Shown here in pieces: positions 1-11,013 of a stretch of 64,000 nucleotides of DNA. This stretch comes from Azolla caroliniana (taxonomy: Eukaryota; Plantae; Polypodiophyta), in contig JBHGNT010000003.1 in NCBI GenBank assembly GCA_043228905.1, forward strand, positions 23,188,001 through 23,252,000, read 5' to 3'. A program made the position numbers and the translations under genes. Every line of letters starts with the position of its first letter. The first letter of the stretch is position 1. The notes under the pieces were generated by a model, which worked only from the letters and a program-made list of their open reading frames with translations, did not search any database and was not told the origin of the DNA.

Positions 1-310
1 TGGTGGCGATGAAGGAAGAACAGGAGGAGCTGCTGACGGCCTACCACGACAGCCCTTGGGCCGGACACCGTGGAACCTGGGCCACGTTCGAGAAGATAAA
101 GGGGAAGTACTGGTGGCCGGGACTGTACCGGGACGTGCATCGATTCGTGACAACTTGCGAGAGTTGTCAGATGCACTCCGTAGTCCGACACCGGGACGAA
201 CTTCACCCTACGTACCCTCCGACCATCCACTTCAAATGGATGGTAGACCTGGTAACGATGCCGATAGGAGTAGGACAGATGCGGTATCTGGTCCTGGCTC
301 GGGAAGATCT

Positions 311-932
311 TGTTAGAAATTGACGCTTTCAAAACCTTCACCTCTCGGCCACAACCGAGGAAACACGAGTCAATGCAGCAGTAAATCGAAAGCACAGAGA
401 GAGACTCGAATGCACAGGGTTTAGCGTGGAAAACCCTAGACGGGAAAAACCACGGGAGTGCAAGACTCCAACTATCACTATACGCAGGGAATGTACAATG
501 GCGAGCTGCAAGGCGACGACCTTGAGCTCGTTGTCCTCGCCACAGGCGGCGGTATTACACAGAGGCGTCGACCTCTTCCTTTCTCTCTCTCTCGGCTGCT
601 CTCACTTTGCTCCCTCTAAGTGGAAAACAGAAAAATGAGCAACAACCACAAAACTGTTTGCCCTAAGTCATATTTATACACATATGACTTTCGGGCTATT
701 TACAAATATAGCCTAGAGGGCCCTTGGCAAACATATTCACAAATATGTCCCCGCATCCGGATCTCTCTCCGGGTACATTCATCATCCGGCTCCGTAGCCG
801 GGGTCTTCATCATCTGGATCCGAAACCGGGTCTTCATCATCCGGCTCTGATACCGGGTACTCCTCATTCGGGTCTTCATTCCCGATTCCCGGATATCTGA
901 CCATCCCATCCGGAGGGACCGTAATCCCAACA
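311..932 (-). mobile_element. Copia solo LTR (622 bp), same clade as the intact elements
   Basis: TG...CA termini; perfect 5-bp TSD GATCT (306-310 / 933-937); the reverse complement begins TGTTGGGATTACGGTCCC like the LTR at 12860; removal restores the host integrase frame. Confidence 0.93.
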
Positions 933-1808
933 GATCTAACGAACCAGGTGGAAGGCCGGGCCCTTCAGAACAAAACGACTGCGGCCGTATGTCGGTTCCT
1001 GCTCGAGGACGTAATATGCCGGTACGGGTGCGTCGGGAAGATCGTGGCTGATCGCGGGGAGTTGGACGCCGAAGAGGCCGAGGAGCTGTTCGACCGGCTA
1101 GGAGTCAAGCTCTCGCTTACCACTGCGTACAATCCGGAGGCGAATGGAAAGGTGGAGCGCGGACACGGACCGATCGTCAAGGCGTTAGTTCGGGCATGCG
1201 GAGGTCGGGTCGGGAACTGGCCGCGGCTACTGCCTTACGCGTTGTGGGCTGACCGGACTACGCACAGTTCGGTAACCGGGTTCATGCCGGCAGAGCTCAT
1301 GTTTGGGCAGAAGCCGATCATGCCGATCGAACGTACGGTCTCCTCATGGGCAACCGTGGACTGGAGAGACGAGATGAGCCGGGAGGAACTGTTGACGGCG
1401 CGCATACGACAGCTCGAGCGGAGACCGGAGGACGTGGAGCAGGCTGCGGAAAAGCTTCGGGAAGCAAGGATGAGGAACAAAGCCCGGTTCGACCGAACAC
1501 ACCGACTCGGACCGAAGAAGATCGAGGAAGGCGACTGGGTGCTAGTCTACGACAGCAGCCTCGACAACCAGCACCGAGCGACGCGGAAGTTCGCAAGAAG
1601 GTGGTTCGGGCCTTACGTGGTACAAAGCGCCAACGACAACGGGATGTACCATCTGGCGGAACTCGACGGCATGAGAGTGGTGATACCGGTAGCTGGGAAA
1701 CGGATCAAAGCGTTCAAGAAGCGTCACGACGACGAGCCGGATCCGGTTGACCTGGACCGGGACGACGAACGATCCGAAACCGAGGAAGAACTGACGGGCG
1801 GGGAATGA
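933..1808 (+). CDS. Gypsy integrase core plus GPY/F module (C-terminal part of pol)
   Basis: Motifs IVADRGEL, TTAYNPEANGKVER and WFGPYVV; open frame to TGA at 1808. Confidence 0.88.
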   Translation, partial: DLTNQVEGRALQNKTTAAVCRFLLEDVICRYGCVGKIVADRGELDAEEAEELFDRLGVKLSLTTAYNPEANGKVERGHGPIVKALVRACGGRVGNWPRLLPYALWADRTTHSSVTGFMPAELMFGQKPIMPIERTVSSWATVDWRDEMSREELLTARIRQLERRPEDVEQAAEKLREARMRNKARFDRTHRLGPKKIEEGDWVLVYDSSLDNQHRATRKFARRWFGPYVVQSANDNGMYHLAELDGMRVVIPVAGKRIKAFKKRHDDEPDPVDLDRDDERSETEEELTGGE

Positions 1809-1880
1809 AGGCTGGACCGGTTTTCTCCGTCCCAACACAATTGGCGCATGCCGGTGGATGCGCGGTTAGGTGGGGGCGGA

Positions 1881-2439
1881 TGTCGTGAAGAAAACCGTCC
1901 ACAAGCGGAATCGGTGTACCGGAGCGTAGAAACCGACTCTTCATGCACGTGCGCCTTAAGTTGTACATAGGAGATCCTAGGTAGATTCGGTAGGTAGGGA
2001 GTAAAGGGGGGAAACGGCTCCTTCCTTGCCTATAAAAGGAGGGAGACGAGGAGAGTAAGCGGATGGCGGAGAGTCGAGGACGAAGTGCTGTCGGTTTGCG
2101 TGCGAAGGCTTCTCTCTCTCTCTCTTTCTGGTTGCAAACGCCATAGCTTCCTTCTGTGCAGGTTTCGGGAGGCCCGCGCTGCTCTGAGGAATGCCCGAGT
2201 GCTTCCGGCAGCACCTCCAACCTACTCATCCCCCTCTGTGCGTTTACGAACAGGTATCGGCATCTGTTCGCCGGCCTGTTCGGTTGTAACCGACTTCGTG
2301 TTTTGTTGTCTTCGTGTTCTTGTTGTTTGTCTTGTCAATACATGCATACTTTCGTGTCTTTCTGTGTCGCTGTCCCACTTGCGTCTTTGCGTCGAAGGGC
2401 CGTGTCCCTGTGAATCTACGCTCGCACGTAGTGGGTCTC

Positions 2440-2479
<40 letters not shown>

Positions 2480-2542
2480 TCTTCGGTACAGGACCCCCGA
2501 GGTCCCGCCTCACTCCACGCATCCGCGAGGAATACCTCGACA
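1881..2542 (+). repeat. 3' LTR of Gypsy element A
   Basis: Follows the PPT; has TATAAAA near 2031, CT tracts and inverted termini TGTCG/CGACA. Confidence 0.88.
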
Positions 2543-5500
2543 ACGGGCAGCGACACGCACCAAGAAGAACTACATGGAGCCTGCCCGAACGTACGGGTGA
2601 AAATTGGCAATGTCGAGATCGACCAACACTTCTTTGTGTTGAAGACGTCCTCACATCCGGTTATACTAGGAGAACCATACATCACGGCGGCATGGATGGA
2701 GACCAAGGAGCTAGACAACGGTTCAGCCTACGCAAGAGTCAAGAGCCAGAACGGGCGTCACTCGGTCCAGTTCTTGACGGTGCGACCAAACCATGAGCGT
2801 AACCGTGAGACCCTCGGTGGCGAAACCTGAGGGGATTTTTAGAGAGGGCTATCAAGGCGTGGGGCCGCGATAGTCCGAACACCCTGGAAAAACCCCACAA
2901 ATGTACAGTACGGAAGAAGACATGTACCATAGGTAGGAAATTTTGGTTCACGACAACGGAGGTTGTACTATGGCCGGCGTCAGCGGCCGGGAAAGGAAGC
3001 GAGCAGAGGAGTGGCTCAGGGGATGCAGAGTCCTCTCCCCCGACGAAGAGATCAGTAGCGCCGTGGAGGCGGTCTCTTTTGACGACACCTTGGGCGAGTT
3101 GCGAAAGGTGATCGATGAAGACCTTAGAGAAGACCGAACCGTTCCGGTAGGTTCGATGGGAATGTATGAAGTCATTGCGGACTTCGGGGAAAGGATCGGG
3201 TCGGATTGGACGGCCCGCGTGAGTAGAAAGTACAAGACTGTGGACTGAAAGGTAAGGCCGATTGCGGCACCCTTGCCGGAGGGCAGTAAGGAGCGGATAA
3301 AAGGGGTCGTGTCAGACCCAAGTTTACGGAATCCAGCTGGCATAGGGCACCAGTTCACCGACATAATGCTACGGGAGCTCAAGGTCGGTGGGGGTGGCTT
3401 TCTACTGCTGGCGAAGGAGAACAGGTTTCGGATAATGCTCGGAGGAGAATAGGTTTACGTTGCTGAAGAAGAACGACACACTGCGCTTCATTTAGGACCT
3501 GCAACCAGTTAATATGGTGACCATCCGTAATGCAGGAATCAGACCGACCATAGACGAGTTTGCGGAGGCCTTCGCTGGGAGGTCGATCTATTCGGTCGGT
3601 GACTTATACTCGGGGTATGACCAGTTCAAGCTAGCCGTGGAGAGCAGGGATATCACGACGATGCGAAACCCTCTCGGCCTAGTACGGATGTGTACCCTAC
3701 GACAAGGCGGGACGAACTCGGTGGCACATATGGTGAACGCAATGAACAAAGTGCTGAGGGACTGCATCCCGGACATCACCATGCCATTCTTGGACGACAT
3801 CCTGATAAAGGGGTGTCCGGTGGAAGATGCGGACGAGACTGTCGGGTCGGACGGATGTCGGAGGTTCGTCGTGATCCACATCAACGACTGCGAGAAGGTG
3901 TTGCAGAGGCTCGAGAGCACACGACTCACCTTCTCCGGAGAAAAATCGGCGTTCGGGCATTCAAAGATCTTGGTGGTTGGACACCTGTGTGGGTGTTACG
4001 GTAGGAAACCACCTCCGAAAAAGGTAGAAGCCATCTTTGCGATGAAGGACGACTGCGGGTCGATTACGGAGGTCCGCAGATTCTTGGGGGCGTGCATGTT
4101 CTACCACATCTGGATTCCACATTACGCGCATGTTGCGGAGCCGCTCTACAGGCTATTGAAGAAAGGGCGTAGGTTCGAGTGGAGAACGGAGCATACAGAG
4201 TCGGTCTAGAGACTAAAGGAGGCGCTTACGGTAGCACCAGCTCTCTGTAAAGCGTCTTACGGCAAGGGCGTCCCAATCTACGTGACGGTGGACATGAGCC
4301 CGACCGGGATCGGGTGGGTGATCAATCAAGAGGATGACGTTGGCACGAGGTTCCCCATTCGGTTCGGTGCGAAGGTCCTCAGTGAGCGACAATGAGGATA
4401 CGCCCAGGTTAAATGCGAACTCTAGGGTATTGTATCAACGGTGAAGGTTGATAAAGACTACCTGATCGGGACAGAGGTAATAATTGAGACGGACTACCTG
4501 CCAATTCTCGGCATGGTTTCCGGATGCGTGACGCCGGACCTGGCAATGCTCAGGTGGATAGCGTACATCAAGTCCTTGAATCCGGAGATACGACACATTT
4601 CCGGAAAAGACAATGCCATGGCCGACATGCTCTCAATGGCAAGGTTCGAAAACGAGGATGGCATGGTTTCGGAGGACGAGGAAGTCGGCGTAGATTACTT
4701 CGAGGCGGCATACATGACGACCAGAAAGGGGAGCACTCCGGTGCTTAAAAAATTCGACGAGAGCAAGTATGACGGGGAGTGGCTCCAGATCCGCGTATCG
4801 ATTCTTCCTTGGGGGTGGGTACATATGGAAGCACCTGAAGAAGAGGGACGACATCCCACTCCGAGTGGTGGCGAAGAAGGAGGAACAAGAGGAGTTGTTG
4901 GAGGCCTACCACGAGAGTCCTTGGGCCGGACACCGGTGGAACGTGGGCCACGTTCGAGAAGCTGAAGGGGAAGTACTGGTGGCCAGGACTGTACCGGGAC
5001 GTGCACCGGTTCGTGACGACTTGTGAAAGCTGCTAGATGCAGTCCATAGTCCGACACCGAGACGAGCTTCACCTGACCTACCCTCCAACCGTCCACTTCA
5101 AATGGATGGTGGATTTGGTGACGATGCCGATGGGGGTAGGACAGATGCGTTACCTAGTGCTTGCGCGGGAAGACTTAATGAACTAGGTGGAAGGCCATGC
5201 ATTGCAGAACAAGACAACCATGGCAGTATGCCGGTTCCTGATCGAAGAGGTAGTGTGTCGGTACGGGTGCGTCGGGAGGATCGTGGTGGACCGAGGAGAA
5301 CTGGATGCACGGGAAGCTGAGGAGCTGTTCGACCGGCTAGGGTTCAAACTCTCCCTCACTACGGCGTACAATCCGGAGGCGAACGGGAAAGTAAAGCGTG
5401 GGCACGGGCCGATTGTAAAGGCGTTGGTGCGTGCATGCGGAGGGCAGGTCGGGAATTGGCCGTGGCTCCTTCCTTATGCACTATGGGTGGACCGAACTAC

Positions 5501-6819
5501 GCATAGTTTGGTAATCGGGTTCATGCCGACAGAGCTTATGTACGGACAGAGGCCGATCATGCCAATGGAGCGAACCATCTCCTCATGGGCCACGGTGGAC
5601 TAGAGAGATGAGATGAGCCGGGAGGAGCTGCTAGCGGCACGGATTCGACAGCTTGAGTGAAGGCCGGAGGACATGGAACGAGCCGCAGAGAAGCTTCGGT
5701 TGGCAAGGTTGAAGAACAAAGGGCGGTTTGATCGGACTCACCGACTGTGACCGAAGAAAATCGAGGAAGGCGACTGGGTCCTAGTGTATGACAGCAGCCT
5801 CGACAACTAGCACAGGGCAACGCGGAAGTTTGCAAGGAGGTGGTTCGGGCCTTACGTGGTGACAGGCACCAACGACAACGGGACCTACCATCTTGCGGAG
5901 CTCGACAGTACGAGGATGAAAATACCGGTAGCGGGCAAGAGGGTCAAAGCGTTTAAGAAACGACACGAGTGCGAGCCGGATCTAGAAAGTATGGACGGCG
6001 ACGACGGGCGGTCCGAGGCGGATGACGAACCGGAAGACGAGGAGTAAAGCATGGGCCGGTTTTCTCTAGCAATAGCCCAATTTTGGCGCATACCGGTGGA
6101 TGCGCTGTTAGGTGGGGGCGGATGTCGCGAAGAAAACCGTCCCTAGGCGGAAACTGAGTGTAGCATGTGTAAATCGACCCTTACACGCGAGCACACTTTT
6201 CGTTGTATGGTAAGTAGGTAGGTACAAGTCGGATGAGGTGAAATCCTAGGTAGTGCGCATTTAATAGGGAGAGAATCGAGTTGTGTCTCTGTTCGAAAGG
6301 ACAGAGAATTAATATGATGTAATGGATGATAACGGCCTCCCTCCTTGGGCTATAAAAGAGAGGGAGAGGGATGAGAGGGGGTATCGCGCGTTAGAGAGGA
6401 CGAAGTGCTGCCGGACTGGAACCGAGCCCTTCTCCTCTGCCACTCTCCATAGCCATTTTTGCGCAGGTTTTCGGGAGGCTGACTCTACTCCGTGGAACGC
6501 CCGTGTGTTTCCGACAGAGTCTCCATCTCGCTCTTCTATGTGTGTGAGTGAACAGGCATTGGTGTTCACCTTGCCGGCCTGTTAGTTGTAACTGTCTCGA
6601 TATATATATATATATTTATATACATACGTGTTGAGGTGCTCAGACTTCTAGTCGTCTCGCTTTGCTGTGTTGTTGGACCGTGATTCCTGTGTGCTCCCGT
6701 GTTTGTGCGTGTGCAAGTGCGTCCATTGCCTTTCTATTGTCCTCCTTCTTAGCTATTTCTCGGTCCAAGACCGCGGTGGTCCCGCCTCGTTCGCCACGCA
6801 CGCGCGTAACAACGCGACA
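2543..6819 (+). mobile_element. Gypsy element B, degenerate 3' part (protease C-terminus, RT, RNase H, integrase, 3' LTR 6123-6819); host of element A
   Basis: Protease tail GACPNVRVKIGNVEIDQHFFV; RT motifs DLYSGYDQ and PFLDDI (3514-4209); RNase H fragment (4441); integrase fragments 5187-6047; PPT 6111-6122; many premature stops. Confidence 0.88.
2833..2898 (+). promoter_or_regulatory. Predicted -1 ribosomal frameshift element (GGATTTT slippery site plus pseudoknot), copy 1
   Basis: The gag-PR frame ends GGG GAT TTT TAG (an upstream TGA at 2828 is probably a CGA mutation). 6-nt spacer; stem GGGCTATC 2846-2853 / GATAGTCC 2869-2876; loop GTGGGG 2859-2864 is complementary to CCCCAC 2893-2898. 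Confidence 0.72.
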
Positions 6820-7370
6820 ACGTTTGGAGCTTACTCAACATTGGGTCTAGTCTGATGGAGTTGCATCACAATTCATGGCTAGACGTCCATTTTATTTTGT
6901 TGGGAGGTATCCTGCTATAATAGGTTTGGAGATGAGATGGACTTTTTTTGGGTCTAGCCATGGTAAAGGTGAACATGATGATGCAAGTGCTGTTATAAAG
7001 CAAGCACTTACCCATGAACAACTAAAGATAGATGGTGTGCAGATCGTTGAATTGTGCAGCACATGTAGTTGAGTTTTTAAGAGCTAATATGTCAACGAAT
7101 GCAACTGGTGTTTATTCCTCGCAGGTCTGAGATATCAAACGTGAATTTTGGGAAGTGAAGATAGATGAAGTAAATAGGGAGAAGCCCTAGGAGTGCCAAG
7201 GAATTCCCGAATTCTGATCTCTCCATGCCATTCGCGGTTATTCTAGGTTGGATGGTCATTGTATTGTGGTTAGAGAATTAACTTGTTTTTACTTTCCATT
7301 GTGTGCAGGGAAATTGGAGGTATTGTTTAAACAAAGCATATATTCAGAATTGGGTGTATCATACTTTTAT
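6820..7370 (+). pseudogene. DNA transposase catalytic-core relic, Sola2-like
   Basis: Translates HWV*SDGVASQF...WTFFGSSHGKGEHDDASAVIK, matching the SDGxxxQ(F/Y) and FFxxxHGKGxxDG signatures, followed by a Cys-rich tail; contains stops and frameshifts. Confidence 0.6.
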
Positions 7371-7374
7371 TCTC

Positions 7375-7556
7375 TGTCCCTTTGGATAGAGATCCGCTTC
7401 AATTTATAGCCTATTAATATATATTTCCTAGGATATACACATCATGTCGGCCTATTGCTAGTTATGTACAGTGTGTTAGTTTGACTGCACACGTGTAAGT
7501 GCCGTTTCACGCGCCAAATTCTATGATTCCACCTTAGGCCGGTTTTCTCCACGACA
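7375..7556 (-). mobile_element. Truncated Gypsy-clade LTR (5' end)
   Basis: GGTTTTCTCCACGACA is the reverse complement of the clade LTR start TGTCGTGGAGAAAACC; the left boundary is approximate. Confidence 0.65.
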
Positions 7557-9423
7557 ACGTGAAGACTTGAAGACAGATGCTTTCACCCAAGCCATTGCAG
7601 CACAAAATGATCCCTCTCGAGCATCTTTTTCACAGTCGCAACAACTAGGTACGGACTATCGACAATTCAAATGTCATGATGGATTACTATTCTTTAAGAC
7701 TCTCGTGTATATTCCTAAAGGTTCTTGTCGCCGTCGAGTAGTCCAAAATTGTCATGACACATATATAGTTGGGCATTTCGGTAGTACTAAGACATTCGAT
7801 TTAGTACAACAACCATTTTGGTGGCCCTGGATGCGACAATTTGTCGAAGATTTTGTTCGGACTTGGAATACATATTGCAGAGCAAAAATTCGAAGGCATC
7901 ATCCATATGGTTTATTAGAGCCATTACTAATTCCAAGCAAGCCGTGGCAATCCATGCTCTAGATTTCATCACAGATGTTCCAGTCTCTACGGGATTCAAT
8001 GTGATTTTAACAGTAGTAGATCGATATACAAAGATAGCTCATTTCCTACCATATACTAAGGAAATCTCCAGTGAAGAAATCGCCGAAACCATCATGCGTG
8101 AACTATGTCGACATCATGGCCTTCCCGATAATATCATCAGCGACCGTGGACCATAGTTCGTCTCGAAATTCTGGAAGCCCCTTTTTTAAATGCTCAAGGT
8201 CACTTGTAACCTCTCCTCCGGCTACCACCCGCAAACCGACGGCCAAGCAAAACAAACAAATCAAACGTTGGATCAGTATTTTCAGTGCTTTCTAAGCTAT
8301 CATCAGCATAACTGGGCGGATATTCTCCACTTTGCCGAATTTGCCTATAATAACTTTGTCCACTCATCGACTAAATTTATGCCATTTTATGCTTATACGG
8401 GTTGTCACCCTTGGTGGTGTGTATTTGAAACCATACAGTTACCCACAAATCCTTGCGAAGAGGATCGTTTGGAGCGGTTATGCAAGATACAAGCTGATTT
8501 ATCTACTCATCTACAACAAGCTCAACAAACACACAAGGTTTACGTGGATCGTCATCGGCTTCCATCTAGTTTTAACATAGGAGATTGGGTATGGCTTCTA
8601 TGACGACACATCAAGACTACTCGCCCATGCGAGAAGTTGGATTATTGGCGATTAGGTCCTTTCCGTATTATTGGAAAGATTAATGATGTCGCTTTTCGTC
8701 TCGATCTACCCCCGCAACTTCGCATACATCTGGTATTTCATAGTTCTCTCCTCGAACCCTATGAAGACAGCATCATCCCAGGATGTATTCCACAATCTCC
8801 ACCCCCGATCGAACTTGAAGATGGACCTAAGTACGAGGTTGCCACCATCCTCGATTCCAAGATTGTTCGCAACAAGGTCTACTATTTAGTTGATTGGCTA
8901 GGATATAATCCCAGCGAGAGTACTTGGGAACCAATAGAGAATGTGACCAATGCTCGTGCTCTTCTTGAAGACTTCCATCATCAATATCTAAATAAACTGC
9001 GTCCTCAATCCAAAATGACATGTGACATGATAGTGTCATGATATGACAAGACTCGAACCCATGACCTTATGTTACATGGTTTGAGCTCTTGACCATTACA
9101 CTATCTATTATAATACATAAAATATTATTTTTATTTAGGTTTTACTATTGAAAATTAATGTATATTCCAGATTTCTCAGGACTACTCCTGAGAACACTAT
9201 AAACGGAGGCAGAAAGCATTATTTCCACGCGAGTCTTAAGCCTCCTAGCCTTCCTTGTATATTCTTCTCACATGATATATCGTTGTCATCATCATTTTCT
9301 CTCTCTCTCGCTTCCACTCTCTCTCTGTCCTTCTCTCAAGTGTTTCACACTCTCTATTCATGTTATTACTAATATTCCTCTCTTAGTACTAATTTCTTCT
9401 TTGTTTGAGTACTATTCCTGACA
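7557..9423 (+). mobile_element. Tcn1-like chromovirus, 3' part (integrase, chromodomain, LTR 9034-9423)
   Basis: HHCC and core integrase fragments; chromodomain YEVATILDSKIVRNKVYYLVDWLGY...STWEP (8637-9041); LTR TGTCA...TGACA homologous to the LTRs at 24363 and 28762. Confidence 0.88.
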
Positions 9424-11013
9424 TCGGCAGGTATATGAGTTGGAAGAGAGAATCTTAAAATGATCAAGCCAGGAGCTTGGTTTTGGCTGACGGTCTTTGA
9501 GTGCGAGAAAAAAGGAAAAATCGATTCGGAGAATCTTAAACTTGCTGATCAGAATGTGCGACGAGTTACCAGATGTCGGATCCAATGGACAATAATACAA
9601 GCTTTGTGGAGGTTGTGTGTGATAACTATGAAGCTCTTGTGGAAGAGAAAAGGAAAGGAACTAGTGAAGAAGATGACACATCAAAGCGTCCCAATATGAG
9701 GAACGCAGGGAAAGAAGGGCAAACCCAACCTACGCCACGAAAAGAGATTGGAGAAACAAGCATGAAGCCTAGTAAATCGAGCCAACTTGCTCGGATGGAA
9801 GTCGATGAATCTGCGAAGAAAGGAAAAGAACGAACGGCCCCGACTTACAAGCTAAGGTCGGACATAGAACAAACCACGGATGGAAGATTCGAGCGGCAAC
9901 GAAGGCCACGGAGGACTGGTATAGAGCTTGCCCCAATGTAAATGTCACGATTGGGAATGTGGAGATTGATGAACACTTCTTCGTGCAAGACTCGACTTCA
10001 CATCCTATCAACCTAGGAAAACCGTATATAACATCGTCCTAGATGGAGACCAATGTGTTCGATAATGGAGCAGCCTTCCCACGAGTGAAGAGCCTTGACA
10101 GTCAAAGGAACCGAGGTAGCCTTGGAGGAAAATCCTCGGATTTTTAAAGCGGACTATTGAAGCATGGGGCACAAATAGTCTGAGCAATCATAAGTCCCCA
10201 CAAGGAAGCAAAGAGCGTGGATTGCAAAGAAATGCAACATGCGTCACACCTAGTGGCGCATGTAAACTAACACTACTCAACAAGAAGGACAAGCGTCTGA
10301 TACAAGGCTTCGAGAAGGTGTTGAACGAAGAAAGCGTAATCGAAGAGGAAGAATTTGTGTCTCATATTCTGGAGAAAGCCTCATTTAACGACACCATCGG
10401 CAAAATCGAGGAAGTCGTGGACTTGAGCTATCTTCACGATCAACATGTGATTTCGGTTAATTCCGTCAACATGTACGCTATCATCGAAGCATCTTGATGG
10501 AGGAAGCTAAAGTCAATACAAAATATAAAACGGTGGATAGGAAGATCAAGCCACTTGCAGTTCCGCTACCGAAAGATAGCTGGCAAAAGATGAAGGAAGT
10601 TGCTAAAGATCCAAGCTTAGGGAATCCGAAGATAGTAGATCACATCTTCACTTAAGAGACAAAAGGAAAGCTAAGAGTTGGAAGGGAGGATTTCCTCCTC
10701 CCTGAAGAGTAGCGAATGTTCCGCGGAATGCTTGAAATCAGATGTGCTAATCTGAGGACGGTAGAACCGATGGTGATCTTCACGGTGCTGCATGTGCCTT
10801 GGAATTTGAAACCGATACCGGTTCTGAGAGTACACCTACCGAAGTTGATCGAGCTCTTATAGGAGAAGGTGAATATGGGAATTCTGGAACCGTCGAATGT
10901 TCCTTATTCTAATAGGTGGTTCATGGTGCCGAAGAAAAATGGACCGTTACGATTCATCCAAGATCTTCAACCTGTCAACAAGGTGACAATTCAAAATGCT
11001 GGAATCGGTCCAC
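9424..11013 (+). mobile_element. Gypsy element C internal fragment (gag C-terminus, deleted protease, frameshift site, RT start)
   Basis: Motifs PTYKLRSDIEQTT, NVTIGNVEIDEHFFVQ, PWNLKPIP and WFMVPKKNGPLRFIQDLQPVN. Confidence 0.82.
10138..10201 (+). promoter_or_regulatory. Predicted -1 frameshift element, copy 2
   Basis: TCG GAT TTT TAA; 6-nt spacer; stem GGACTATT 10151-10158 / AATAGTCT 10174-10181; TGGGG 10165-10169 pairs with CCCCA 10196-10200; the -1 frame runs without a stop into ORF 10222-10497. Confidence 0.75.

Larger units (their letters stand above)
1..2542 (+). mobile_element. Ty3/Gypsy non-chromovirus element A, 3' part (integrase, PPT, 3' LTR), interrupted by a Copia solo LTR
   Basis: Integrase HHCC zinc region (HDSPWAGH...CESC) at 3-310 continues in frame after the insertion (REDL|TNQVEG). 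The core and GPY module lie in ORF 948-1808 with no chromodomain. PPT GGTGGGGGCGGA at 1869-1880; LTR TGTCG...CGACA at 1881-2542. Confidence 0.9.
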
